Program-made: the position numbers and the translations under genes | Origin: the human T2T-CHM13v2.0 reference genome, Homo sapiens | DNA: 64,000 nt | Reading direction: 5' to 3' (one strand) | Assembly: GCF_009914755.1 (NCBI RefSeq) | Contig: NC_060944.1 | Shown here: piece by piece, positions 13,043-25,144 of the stretch | Position numbering within the stretch: position 1 is the first letter of the stretch | Layout of the letters: every line of letters begins with the position of its first letter | Notes under the pieces: generated by a model | Seen by the model: only the letters and a program-made list of their open reading frames with translations | The model's database searches: none | Told to the model about the DNA's origin: nothing

Positions 13043-13473
13043 CTTGGAGTCTGCTCAACTCTGCAAGCACAGATGGAATCTACAGCCTAGCAAGCTCCAC
13101 CGAGGCCTGAGCCCTGCCTGTGGACACAGCCAGCCCCCTCCTCCTGGTTGGACCAGTAGCTCAGACCAAAGCAGCAGCCCAGCTTCCCGGGCAGCAGTCT
13201 GGCCCACTCCTCTCCCTGACCCCCTCACCAGAGGCTGCTGCACCTGAAGGCCTGGGTTTCCAGCCCCTGGCTGCTGTCTCCCTGTTCTAAAGCTCAGGCC
13301 TCCAAAAGTGGCAGCAGCTTCCCTGACAGCCTTGCTGTGGCCATGTCAGGTCCCAGATACTCCTCTGATCTCCACACAAGCAGAACAAGGAGGCTTCATA
13401 AAGGAACTGCAGAAACCCTGCCTGTGTGCACATCCCCAGACAGCCAAGAACTCAGAGGGAGGTGATGCTACTG

Positions 13474-13479
13474 TTTAAT
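13474..13479 (-). terminator. CST2 poly(A) signal ATTAAA
   Basis: TTTAAT on + strand about 235 nt past the stop codon. Confidence 0.75.
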
Positions 13480-13711
13480 TGCAGGAGGTGGGGGTGTGTG
13501 TACCATGTACCAGGGCTATGAGAAGCAAAAGGAAGGAGGGAGGGCAGAGTCCCCTGCTGAGCAACAAAGGCCTCCTGCAGCCTTCTCTGTCTTCTCCTGC
13601 TGCAGGTGCATGGGGAGACCTCCCACAGGGTGGGGGCCACCAGTCCAGGGGTGGGAGCACTACAAGGGGTGGGAGTAGGAGGTGGTCAGTGTGACTCCCT
13701 GGCACAGATCC

Positions 13712-13795
13712 CTAGGCTTCTTGACACCTGGAATTCACCAGGGACATTCTGTCCTCCCAGGGAACTTCGTAGATCTGGAAAGAGCACAACTGTTT
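13712..13795 (-). CDS. CST2: CST2 coding exon 3 (27 codons + TAG)
   Basis: Polypyrimidine tract + CACAG|AAA acceptor; [27 protein letters not shown]. Confidence 0.96.
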   Translation of the reverse strand, partial: KQLCSFQIYEVPWEDRMSLVNSRCQEA

Positions 13796-16352
13796 CTGTG
13801 AAAGGGAAGAGAGAGGGCCAATCAGTGTGAGTTACAGTTAAAGGGGAAGTCACCCAGGCATGAGATGTCACAGCCTGAGTGAGGAGGATGGAGGTGAGAC
13901 ACTGGGCCCTCACCCACCTCTGCTGAGTCCCAGAGCACTGAACTAGAATGAATAGTGACTGTTCCATTGCCCCTCCCAAGGCTCCAAGTCACCAGGTGGC
14001 ATTGGGCCCCCACCGCAGCCTGCAGTGTCCTGTCCCAGCACAGCCCTGTGAGGATCAGCCTGTGCAAGACCTTGGGAGCCCCAAGGGTGCAGGGCATGGG
14101 GAGGTGGCTCACTTCCCCCAGCTCCTTCCACCTCCAGCACTCAGGCCAGCACTAAGAGGGGCCAGAGGGAAGAACCCAGAGCAGGGCAACTCCGCCTCAA
14201 AGAGCTGGGGCATGGGGCAATGGTAACAAGGGGAGTGTGGCTCTCCCCTGAGTGGAGACCTCACAAGAACCAGCAGGTCCCTGGAGAGGCTGGTGTTGGG
14301 TGAGCCGGGCAGGTCCAGGGCTTCCCAGCTAACAGGCCTCTAGGTCCCACTAATCTGATCATTGTGTCTGTGGCTGCATGCAGGTACCTGAGGCTGGGAT
14401 TAGACAGAGCCCCTTCTCCCTGCCCAGCACACAGCCCCACAGCTGCTTCTTCCTGTCCAACAGGCAACACCCCAAAGCAGGCAGAGTTGATCTCCCAGTA
14501 ACCATTCCCAAGCTGAAGGCTTCCTAGCAAATCAAACACATCACCCTCCTCCCTCACCACCCCATCTGCACACAGATAGGCAACTACGTAAACTCACTTG
14601 GACCCCTCAACCCCATGGATCTATGTACAAACCCCCAGAATCCCCACACACAGGCACACATGCTCCCATACAGCTCCCTGCACACACTGGCACATGTGTG
14701 TACACACATGCACCTTTCCACATGCACATCTACATGCACAACCCTCCACAAGTACATGAACATGTATACATCCACGCATACATGACTCCCCACATACCCA
14801 CCTGCACACACACACCCTCCAAACATGTGTAGGGCAGAGACTGACACATACGCACCCCTCTGCAGTGCATGACTGGCCTGGGACCCACATCAGGAACGTA
14901 CCTTCTGCAGTTCTGGCTGTTCATGGAAGGCACAGGTGTCCAAGTTGGGCTGGGACTTGGTACATATGGTTCGGCCCACCTCTATGTCGAAGAAGTAATT
15001 CACCCCGCCCACGATCTACACACATGAGAAAACAGGATGCACGGACAGCGCCCCCATCAGTTTATGCACTCACAGGCACTTCACTGTGGCTGAGTCACTG
15101 GACTTGCTTGGGGGCTTCGTGAGCTGCCCACATGTCAACACAAGGCACACAAGCCCCCTCTTCCTGTCAGCTGGCAGGGTGCTGGGCCTCATGCCCCCTC
15201 TTAAATATTGTTTTCTCTGTGCTGGGTAAAAGGATTCATTGAATTCTGCCACCTGTGGCTCAGGGGCAAGGGAACACTGACTCTTTTTACCCATGGGTGT
15301 CAGTTTACCCATGTATAAAATAGGCGTCCGGGCCTGATGGTCTGCAATGCCCTGTGCTTCACTCCAAGTTATTGTCATGCTTGAAAGGGAGGTGGAGGCA
15401 AGCGGGGACCATGGCACCAGGGAGTGCACCTCCCGTGCAGGGTGAGGGTCCCAGTTGACAGCTGCAGGAGGAGAAATGGGGCTGGTCTGGATTCCTTTGA
15501 ATTTCCAAGAGAAGGTGGAGGAGCTCTAAAGCCTGTGTCACTATTTGCTGCTCTGCCATGGGATGCAGGTAAAGCTGGGCCCAATAGCCCTTCTGAAGCT
15601 CTCTCTTGACCTGACACCTCCTCCTCTCTACTGGGTAACTGCTGTCCTCATCTGGCTGAGGTCTAACTCTGCATCAACTCATAGAGGCAGGGTCAGGCGT
15701 GCTCCACCCCAGCAGGGACTCAGCTGCCCTGGGCTGTAGGGGGTGGTCAGCCGGCCTGAGGGTGAAGGCCATTAGCCCTAAAGGGCTGTACCCACGGGTG
15801 TGACTTGGGGAGTGAAGTAGGGCTCTGCAGAACAGGAAGCGAAGTTCCTGTGTGGCCCCTGAGGAGAGGACTCAGGGAGGAGGGTGAGCCTCATGGCCTG
15901 GATCTCATCCTGAGCAGCATCAAGCCCATCCAGAGTCAGCATAGTCTCCATCCCCCGGGAGCATGCTTAGGCATGAAGGCCATCAGCAGAGAGTCAGGGA
16001 AAGCTGAATGAATCTGAGCATTAGATCATGAATGTATCAGTGTTGATGTGCTGCGAATGCTCTTATGGATCGGGCAACAAACCAGGCTGGGACTCAGGAC
16101 CCCTCAGGTGGAGGCAGCACCCACCTGCTCCCTGGCTCGTAGCACCCGCAGCAGGCGTCTGTAGTACTCATCTTCAGTGGCCTTGTTATACTCGCTGATG
16201 ACAAAGTGAAGGGCACGCTGTACCCGCTCATCATTGAGGTCTGCATCATAGATGCCACCCTCGATTATCCTGTCCTCCTCCTGGGGGCTCCAGGCCAGGG
16301 CCACAGCCTGGGTGGCCAGCAGGAGCAGCAGGGTGCACAGGGGCCAGGCCAT
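13712..16352 (-). CDS. CST2: Cystatin SA precursor, 141 aa, spliced from 3 coding exons
   Basis: Joined exons give [33 protein letters not shown]...RAREQ|[38 protein letters not shown]|[27 protein letters not shown]. Has a 20-aa signal peptide, QxVxG motif, PW loop, 4 Cys and phase-0 GT-AG introns; recognised as human cystatin SA. Confidence 0.97.
14902..15015 (-). CDS. CST2: CST2 coding exon 2 (38 codons)
   Basis: TGTAG|ATC acceptor, AAG|GTACGT donor; [10 protein letters not shown]...QPELQK. Confidence 0.96.
16125..16352 (-). CDS. CST2: CST2 coding exon 1 (76 codons)
   Basis: ATG at 16352 in GAGACCATGG context; ends CAG|GTGGGT donor. Confidence 0.96.
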
Positions 16353-16443
16353 GGTCTCCTCGCAGGCAGAGCACAGAGCTGGAGCTGCAGGAGAGGAGGT
16401 TGAGAGCCTGAGGCAGGGATCCCAGACCAGCAGGCAGCTGTGC

Positions 16444-16450
16444 ATTTATC
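16444..16450 (-). promoter_or_regulatory. TATA-like GATAAAT box of CST2
   Basis: About 95 nt upstream of ATG, with a long purine-rich (sense) tract at 16480-16680 further upstream. Confidence 0.65.
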
Positions 16451-17124
16451 CTGCTTTGGCAGCTCAGCCCCACCCCCCTCCATGACCTGCCCCTGACTCC
16501 TCCTCCTCTTTCTGCTCATTCCCTCTTTCTCCATCTCTCTTTTCACTCCTCAGAAACCACAAGATCCCTCCCTGCCTAAGTTCTCCCTGCCCCTCCCAGG
16601 CCTCCTCCTCTATCTACCCCTCCTCCCCACTCCTGTCCTCACTGCAGCCTCCCCGAGCCATGCCTCTCTTCCCCAGTGCTCCCAAGCTTGAGTCACCAGG
16701 TCTCCACAGAGATGACACTTCTCCTTTGGCTATGAAAACAATGTGACCTCCTGTTTGCTCAGAAAAGTGAAAAATACAGGGCTTGGCCTCCGGGGTCTTC
16801 AGATATCAGAGGCATCCAGGAGCACTTGGTCACGGTCTCTGAATCTCTGGAACAGGGAGGTTATTTCAGAAGGTTCCAGAAGACCCTGTCCACACCCTAT
16901 TATGGAGAATTTCTTTGCCAAATTCAAGGGAATTAACCTTTTTTGAAAAGGTCACTGGGTTCTCTTTTCATAACTCATTATTCAATAAAAAAACTTATCA
17001 CCAACTACTCCCCGTGCCAGGAGGTCTAGGGCTTGAATACTGAACCTGGATGATGAGCCATAGAGGTGACATTGCAGAGCTGCTGCCCACAGAGATGTGA
17101 CATGAACCCACGAGCATATGAAAA

Positions 17125-17390
17125 TGTGTAGTAGATGCATTTTAAAAGATGAGAAAAAATGGGTGAAAGTAATGTTTAAAATATTTATCTAACCTAATAC
17201 AGCCACAATATTATTTCAGCTAATAGGAACTATTATTAATGAGATTTTTTTGTTGTTGGAGGGGTTTTGTAAATCTTTGAAATTCACTGTGTATTTTTTA
17301 CACTTAGCCTGGGAGTCATTTTGGACTGGCCCCATTTCAAGTGTCCCGTGGCACATGTGGCAGGTGGCTATGAAACTGCACAGTCCGTTC
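17125..17390. mobile_element. MER33-like hAT-Charlie element (paralog at 48290-48580)
   Basis: TTTGAAATTC..TTACACTTAG..TTTGGACTGGCC..CACATGTGGC..GTGGC motifs. Confidence 0.65.
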
Positions 17391-19013
17391 CTACATAGTG
17401 TGTGTAGGGGATGATAGGTTATGGTCAACAATTAGGATCAGGGAGTTATACTCACTCTGTTGGAAGTGAAATAGAACAGGGGCTAGAGAGAGACCACTGG
17501 ACCCTGGTCAGGGTGGTCTCTATGAGACTGGAGAGGTTGAGAAGCCCCAGGCATTGGGGAACAGCCAGTGCAAAGGCCCTGAGGTGGGGTTGGGACATGC
17601 CTGCTCCAGGAAGAGGAAGCTCCTGGAGGGGATGTGAGCAGGGAAGGGAATGACCTGGAGTCTCATGGTAACTGTGGGTGGGGCCCACAAGGTGCAGGGA
17701 GACACCTGGCAGGCAGTGGGGGTGTCAGAAGAGGGAGCAGAAGCCAAGGGATGAATGTGGGAGCCCACAGGCCTCACTTGCTTCTCTCCTAGGCAGCCAT
17801 GCTTCCAGCTTCTTTCCTCTATGCACTGCTTGGAAGACCCACCTGATATTTTAAAAATTGCCTTGAAGGAGGTAGAATTTACATACAGTAAGATGCCTAA
17901 TAGTATGTGCCCACCTGGAAGATTTTGTAAATACATACACCTGTATTACCACTTTGTCCAGACCTCTGACATCTGCCTTGCCCCAGACGGTGTCCTCCTG
18001 CCTCTGCAGCTCATCCTCGTGCCCATCCCACCCTGGCAGCCCCTGTCCAGTCCTGTAGACTCCTTTGTCACCTGCCCTTGAGATTCCCAGGAATGGAATC
18101 CTGCAGAGCGATCCCAGATGTGTCTTCGTCCTTTGCTCAGCGTGGCTTTCCAGTGGCCCCCGAGTTGCTTCATTGCCAGGATTGGGAGTTCTCCTTCTCC
18201 ACAGACTGAGAGGACCTAATCACCACAGTGCTCTGTGGGGTGACAAAGTCTCCAGCTTGGGATGCTGTGGGCCTGTGCTGGAATGTGGCTCCAGGATTGG
18301 GGAGGATGGAAGGAGGCCCTGAACAGACAGCTGCTCCCTTTGTTCTCTCAACCCAACCCTCCATGCCTGAAGGTGACCCTGTGGCAAATGCCCTTGTGGT
18401 GAGGTGGAAGGCTTGGTGAGAAACACCAGGAAACCCTGGGCCTTTGCATGGCATCCAGAGGACTCTCCTGGGAGTAGTGGAGGTGAGGGTCAGACAGAGT
18501 CAACCCAGAGCTGCTGGGATCCTGGGTCTCAGCCGTGGCTGGGGCTGCATCAGCAGGACCCGGCAGCAGGAACAATATTACTCATTGGTGTTCATGTTCA
18601 GTATTAGGACAGGGGACCTTGTTATCCAAGGCCCAGTGACCATTGCACACCACTGTCAATCCAGCACACCTAGAAAAACCATGCATCCCAGCAGATACAG
18701 CAGGTGTCCCAGGGATGGTGTTTACCGCTGGGTGACGGAGGGAAGGTCTTCAAACAGGGCTGTGCAGGATGGCTCCTAGTTAGACAGGGAATGGGGATAA
18801 ATTCCCAGAGAAGGGAGAGAGAGGGAAGTCCCTTACCAGGTGTTTGTGAGCAGAGTGGTCATCTCCAAAGGGTAGGACTTAGTTCTCCTCTGTGGCTCCC
18901 ACCTTCCTGGGATAGCTGGGAGTCCAGACTCAGGAAGAGCTGCTGTGCAGAGGATAAGCTGAAGGTCAAGAAATCCTCTCATTTTTTTTTATCACTGGAA
19001 AGGAGATGCAGGT

Positions 19014-20027
19014 TGAAGGGGTGGCCTGCCCCTCCACACCTGTGGGTATTTCTAGTCAGGTGGGATGAGAGGCTGAGAAAAGAAATAAGACACAGAGACA
19101 AAGTATAGAGAAACAACAGTGGGCCCAGGGGACCGGCGCTCAGCATACCAAGGACCTGCACCGGCACCGGTCTGAGTTCCCTCAGTTTTTATTGATTATT
19201 ATCTTCATTATTTCACCAAAAAGGAACATAGCAGGAGGGCAGGGTGATAATAAGGAGAAGGTCAGCAACAAACATGTGAGCAATAGAATCTATGTCATAA
19301 TTAAGTTCAAGGGAAGGTACTATGACTGGACATGCACGTAAGCCAGATTTATGTTTCTCTCCACCCAAACATCTCAGTGGAGTAAAGAATTACAAGGCAG
19401 TATTGCTGCAAACATGTCTCGCCTCCCACCATAGGGCAGTTTTTCTCTCATCTCAGAATTGAACAAATGTACAATCGGGTTTCATACTGAGACATACAGT
19501 TCCCAGGGGCAGGCAGGAGATAGTGGCCTTCCTCTATCTCAACTGCAAGAGGCTTTCCTCTTTTACTAATCCACCTCAGCACAGACCCTTTACAGGTGTC
19601 GGGCTGGGGGACAGTCAGGTCTTTCTCATCCCACCAGGCCATATTTCAGACTATCACATGGGGAGAAACCATGGACAATACCCTGCTTTCAAGGGCAGAG
19701 GTCCCTGCAGCCTTCCGCAGTGCATTGTGCCCCTGGTTTATTGAGACTAGAGAATGACGACGGCCTTTATCAAGTATACTGCTTGTAAACATTTTGTTAA
19801 CAAGGCACATCCTGCACAGCCCTAGATCCCTTAAACCTTGATTTTATACAACACATGTTTTTGTGAGCTCCTGGTTGGGTCAAAGTGCCTGGGGCAAAGC
19901 TACAAAATTAACAACATCTCAGCAAAGCAATTATTTAAAGTACAGGTCTTTTACAAAATGGAGTCTCTTATGTCTTCCATTTCTACATAGACACAGTAAC
20001 AGTCTGATCTCTCTTTCTTTTCCCAAA
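19014..20027 (-). mobile_element. Solo HERV-K(HML-2) LTR5 (LTR5A-like)
   Basis: Reverse complement of GGGAAAAGAAAGAGAGATCAGA...GGCCACCCCTTCA; TSD CAGGT. Confidence 0.9.
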
Positions 20028-20456
20028 CAGGTAACCCAAATAGTGAGAATTTGCTGGTGGGTGGAGTGTGAGGGAGGGAGGCCAAAGTGCTGACCTGTGC
20101 CGTGTATGTGATGACACCACCAGTGGTCATCTTGTGTCAGGATGCTGGCATGCACTGCAGGGAGGGTCAGCTGTCCTGATGCAGCAACCTCTCTAATCTC
20201 AGTAGGAAAGATACCAATGTATGTTGCTCTTCTGAGGAGGTACAAGTGCGATGTCCAGTATGGAGTGATAGGAAGTGGCAGGTGGGGGTAGCTGGCCAGC
20301 TGCTCCAGATGTTTGATGACCTTAGGCAAATGTTGTGTCTGTTGTGCGTGTGGAGAAAGAGGCTACTTTTTAAAGCGTATTGTCTGGGAGTTCAGACCAG
20401 CAGAGATGAGCAGACTTTACCAGTGATGTAGCAACATGTTTGAAAATGATGGAATA

Positions 20457-20578
20457 GCCAGGTGAGTTGGTGCACCTGTAATCCTAGCTAATTAGGAGAG
20501 TGAGTCAGGAAGATTCCTTGAATCCAGGAGTTCAATTCCAGCCTGTGAAACACAGTGAAACCCCCATCTCAAAAAAAA
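20457..20578 (+). mobile_element. Alu monomer (FLAM-like)
   Basis: CCTGTAATCCTAGC..CCAGGAGTTC..CCAGCCTG..CCCCATCTC(A)n. Confidence 0.7.
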
Positions 20579-21165
20579 TGACAGAACATTTTGTTCCCTG
20601 ATTTCTATAGTCCACAGTTTTAAGGACACACTAGGAGGGGGCCAGATAGCAACCATGGACTGAGGAACAAGCCTGGGGCCTCCAGCACCCATGTAACCTG
20701 GAGGAGTCTAGCTGCCCAGGAGGGGGCAAGTTTTCCTTCTGCTAGGTGATGAAAGAGAAAGCTGTGTTCCCCTAGGCTGCATGGGTGACTACTGATCCTA
20801 TTATCTGAATTAGCAGGATGAGAAGTTAGGTGAGTGGTAGAAGTTCTCTGCAATAAATGATGAATAATAAGTGAACACTAAGCAATACTATAATAAACAA
20901 ATGACCAAACACAGAAAGCATCACCTACAGGTGCAGGTGGTGAGGACAACCTGGCCAAGAGTTGAGATTCTGCACATCTGGGTTTTGAGCAACTAACACT
21001 TTGATCTATGGTAGGAGCTGAGACTGAACAGCCACAGGATTTGGTGGCTTCTCAAATGGGAAGCCCAGAAGCCCCTTTTACGGAGTGCCTGGAATTCTCT
21101 GGGGTCAAGCTTGTCTCTTTCACACTCTATCCCTCCTTCTTTTCTCCCTCTCCTCAAACATGGTG

Positions 21166-21451
21166 AACACGTGGATGCTTCTAAACTATGAGCCAATGTT
21201 GGTAACACATTTGTCTCTGCTAGAACATGTGGATGCTTCTAAACTATGGGCCCATGTTGGTAACACATTTGGCTCTGCTAGGACATGTGGAAGCTTCTAA
21301 ACTATGGGCCCATGTTGGTAACACATTTGGCTCTGCTAGGACATGTGGAAGGTCCTAAACTATGGGCCAATATTGGTAACACATTTGGCTCTGCTAGGAC
21401 ATGTGGATGCTTCTAAACTATGGGCCCATGTTGGTATCACATTTGGCTCTT
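21166..21451. repeat. Minisatellite, 58-bp unit x ~4.9
   Basis: Unit GACATGTGGATGCTTCTAAACTATGGGCCCATGTTGGTAACACATTTGGCTCTGCTAG. Confidence 0.95.
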
Positions 21452-22070
21452 CCACATCATTAGGAAACTGTGATACTCATGGGGAAGCCTGCTGGTAGCC
21501 CCAGCTAGGAAAGGCGAGAGAGGGCAGAGCCCAGTGTCAGGTCTGATTGTTTTGCACTCCATGGGGAGAAAGAGAATCCTTCCTCTCAGGGACCAGCATG
21601 TGAACGGTATTCATGGTTCTGGAGTGGAAGTTAACATTTATTTTTCAAAAAAAGGATTTGTCAGTGCAGATTCACTGACTGAAGAACCACATATGAATGG
21701 AGGGGAGTAGGGGCGGCCTCTGGAACTCAGGCTGCTGGCTGCTGCAGCCAGGGATCCATCTGACTCCCTGGGCTGCAGTCTGCAGAGGCCTGGCCACAAG
21801 GAAAACAGATGACTCTGAGGAGGTGAGTCATCTCCTTGACATCTCTGGGTGGTCAGACTTTCTTATCCTATTTGGGTCACTGCTGGGACTTCCCTGTCAC
21901 TGTTTGTGTAACCTTAAATATCAATTCCTTTAGCAAAGTGCAGTGACTGTGGAGAGTGGTTCCTCTTCCTGCTTGGAATCCTGTTCAATTCAATCATTGA
22001 GTGCTGGAGCTGGCCAGAGGTCATCAGGACAGCCCTGCTCCCTCCTGTCGCCCTGCTTACCCTCTCCTCC

Positions 22071-22540
22071 TGTCACAGAGGAGCTGGATCCAGCAACAAG
22101 ACTCACCTTGATCAAACCTTAGTTAGGATCCTCTGAGTCTTCTTCTCCCCTAGTCCTCAACCCTAGTCCCCAGCCCTGGACCTCCTGTTCTTGCGAGGGT
22201 TGCATTGCCCAGTTTTAGGAAAGAATCCTGCTAAGTCAGTTTAGAAAGACTCCCCCCACCCTTGGTATCTGATCACCCTCAACATCTGACCAAGTTCTTC
22301 ATTCCTTAACTTTGATGTCTAAGGCTTTGTCCTGCCTTTAGCAACAATATTGTTGGGTCAGTTTATCTAGAACCTCCTACCTTTGATGGCTCTGCTTAGT
22401 AATTCTTTATCTATTAACCCCACCACCTGATCCTTGGCTATAAATCCGCACTTCACCTTGTATTTACAGTTGAGTTCATTCTCTATCTTATTTTGAGAGT
22501 CTTGACACCTATTGCAATAGTCTTGAATCATCTCTACCAA
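22071..22540 (+). mobile_element. MER31-like ERV1 LTR
   Basis: CCTTGATCAAAC.TTAG, AAGAATCCTGCTAAGTCAGTTTAG, CTTGGCTATAAATCC motifs. Confidence 0.6.
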
Positions 22541-22699
22541 GCTCAGTCTTCAAGCAGTGAAACTGCACATCCTCTTGCCCATGATGTCATCACTGGACAT
22601 CCTGCACGCTCCAACAATTCAGCATTCAGTCTTCAGTCTCATCATTTTAAAAACAGGAATACAATGATTCCCAGTACCAGTGAGTTATTATGACAATGG

Positions 22700-23080
22700 A
22701 CTGTGTAATAAGGTGCTGCATGATCTCATTGGCCTATTGCATTGACCAGTTATTTTTCTCACATCTGCAGTCCAGCTGGGAGTCACTGACCTGGGATGGG
22801 ATTATCTGGGCTAGCTCTGGTCCACGTCTGTCATCCTTCTCCAGGGACCAATGGCCAACATTTTTCATATTCTCACATGACAAAATCAGTGCACAAGAAG
22901 CCAAATTGAATTGCACAAAAGTATTTCAAGCTTCTGGTTACTTCACACCTGCAACTCTCCCTTGACTAAAGCAAGTCACATGGCCTGCCCAAAAGGAAGT
23001 GGTGGGGAATTGCACTCTACCATGGAGGGTGGAGGACAGCAAGTGAATAATTAGACAAATAATATAATATGCCCCAATAG
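22700..23080. mobile_element. Old MLT1 (MaLR) LTR remnant; similar remnants at ~24470-24860 and ~31880-32260
   Basis: AAAGCAAGTCACATGGCC / CCATTGGCCAAAGCAGGTCACATGGCCAAG motifs. Confidence 0.5.
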
Positions 23081-23222
23081 TGTACCACACTGACTCACAG
23101 GGGCATCAGGGAAATTTAATGAAATGCTTGTGAAGTGCTTGATACAGTGCCTGGCATATCTGTGTTTCTAGCTATCAATCTATCAATTAATCTAATCTGC
23201 CTAACTAATCTAGCTATCTAGG

Positions 23223-23808
23223 TGTGAAAGGAAAATAAATCTCAGGACCCCTAAATCATTAAGCCAAAAGGAAAAGTCAAGCTGGGAACTGCATCGGGCA
23301 AACCTGCCTCTCATTCTATTCCTAAATATGGTGGCTACAAAGATTTAAAAACTACATACCTTCCTCACAATTTGCCCACAAGGAAATTCCTTATGAACAA
23401 AGGACAGACAGAACTCAAAATCACCCCTCTGCTCACATGATACAAATACATATCTGATTGCTTCCTTTCCCCTATTGTTTCACTAAACACTATTCCTGTA
23501 AATTGCTTATTCAGTTAAAGGCTAATCAGAAACTCAAAGGAATGAAACTGTCTTTTATCTACCTCTGACCCAGATGCCCCCTCCCTACTTTCAGTTGTCT
23601 TGCCTTTCCGGACTGAACCAATGTACATCTTACATATACTGATTGATGTCTCATGACTATCTAAAACTTGTAAAACAAGCTGTAACCCAACCACCTTGGA
23701 TGCATGTAATCAGGGTTTCCTGAGGCCGTGTCATGGGATGGTCCTTATCCTTGGAAAAATAAACATTCTAAATTGATTGAGACCTGTCTCAGGTACTCTT
23801 GGTTTACA
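23223..23808 (+). mobile_element. MER4-family solo LTR
   Basis: TGTGAAAGGAAAATAAATCT..GGACCCC...GAGACCTGTCTCAG..TGGTTTACA. Confidence 0.8.
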
Positions 23809-25144
23809 AATGTAATCTGTCTATTTATCTATCAAATCTATTTAATTATCCATCTAGGTATCCATCCATCATGTTTCCTGTTTATTTCTCATTGTTCCCT
23901 TACCAATAAAAATTGAAGTCAAGTGACATTCTATGACCTGTATTTCCAATGTGTCCTCCACACTGCCACAGCTATGAGAATGCTCATGGCTGTCTCATGA
24001 CTGTCCAATCTTTGAGGAATCTTCGATGAGTACTTGGCATCTAATCTTGTCCCTGCCTGTCCCTGCCTGTCCCTGCCCTCCCTGGTGCATCCTGCAGGCA
24101 GGTGAGCTCTGGATTGGCCTTTGGAGTGAGAGTTTGGACAGTTCTGCCACTGGAAATTTGCTTGCAATCCTGAGTACACCTGGTCCCAGACACATTTAAG
24201 ATCTTTTGAAAGGCTGATCCTCTGGGGGCAGCTTGATGGATAGTTCTAGTGCTATGAAAAGAGGATGGAAGCTGGTGAGAAGGCAGATGGAAAGCATGAA
24301 ATGTAGGCTGGATTCTGAAGGACAGGGCTGCCCTCCACATGTCCATGGCAGTTTCAGATACCAGGAGAAACCACACAGTCTATGGGGGAGGAGATTTCCC
24401 CCTCTCTGGACCCCACATGGGGTGGACTGTGGGTCTCTTCTGAGAGAGGTGTTCAGATCATCCTGTACACATCAGTTACTGGCTTCTGCATCATAAGCCA
24501 CCCCAAATCTTCCTGGCTGAAAGCAACATGATGTGGGGGTTCTCATGACTCTGGATCTGTCTGTGGCTCTTCTGCTGGTCTTGTTGGGTTCACTCAGGGG
24601 CTGCATTCAGGTGGGGTAGGCTGGGAATATGCTCAGCTACAACAGTGGGCATCTCTTTCCAGGTGGTCTTTCATCTTCAAGAAGGTGAGAGGATACTTTT
24701 ACATGAAGAGTATTTCTAAGATCATTCTAGGAAGACAGTGCCCAGGAGAGGCCTGGCCCCAGGAACTGCAGACTCCCACCAGCTGAAGTCCCATTGGCCA
24801 AAGCAGGTCACATGGCCAAGCTCAGAGTCAGAATGGGCAGGGCCTCACAGAGTTAGGGGGTGAGGCCTGGTGTATTGTGGGGCTTCTTGTTTCCACCTCT
24901 ACTCCCTGCACTGAATCCAGGAGGGAGACGTGGGTTGGAGCAGTTTGATTTCAAAAAATGTATTTTTAAAAGACTGTTGTTTGAGTAAAATTGGTCTTCC
25001 CCTAATATCTGGATAGAGTTGAGGTATCCCAGAGGAAGGTAGTGAAGCCAGCAGTCAGGAGCTGTGTTTAACCTGCCCCTACTCATTCATCATGGGATCT
25101 GGTGAAACCACCCATTCCAGGTTGCCTTAGAAAGTTCTAAATAT

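Noticed and set aside
14560-14870. His/Thr- and Cys/Val-rich ORFs (also 45960-46380)
   Set aside because: Degenerate CA-rich intron-2 sequence
16104-16445. 113-aa ORF with a 31-aa N-terminal extension of CST2
   Set aside because: Its ATG overlaps the GATAAAT box, so it lies upstream of the likely TSS; the C-terminal VGAAST is intron read-through
21166-21451. CRISPR-like array (also considered 46951-47164 and 49490-49771)
   Set aside because: Head-to-tail units or dinucleotide spacers, no unique spacers, no cas genes, human context
21540-22000. Possible old ERVL-type LTR
   Set aside because: Too degenerate to assign by eye
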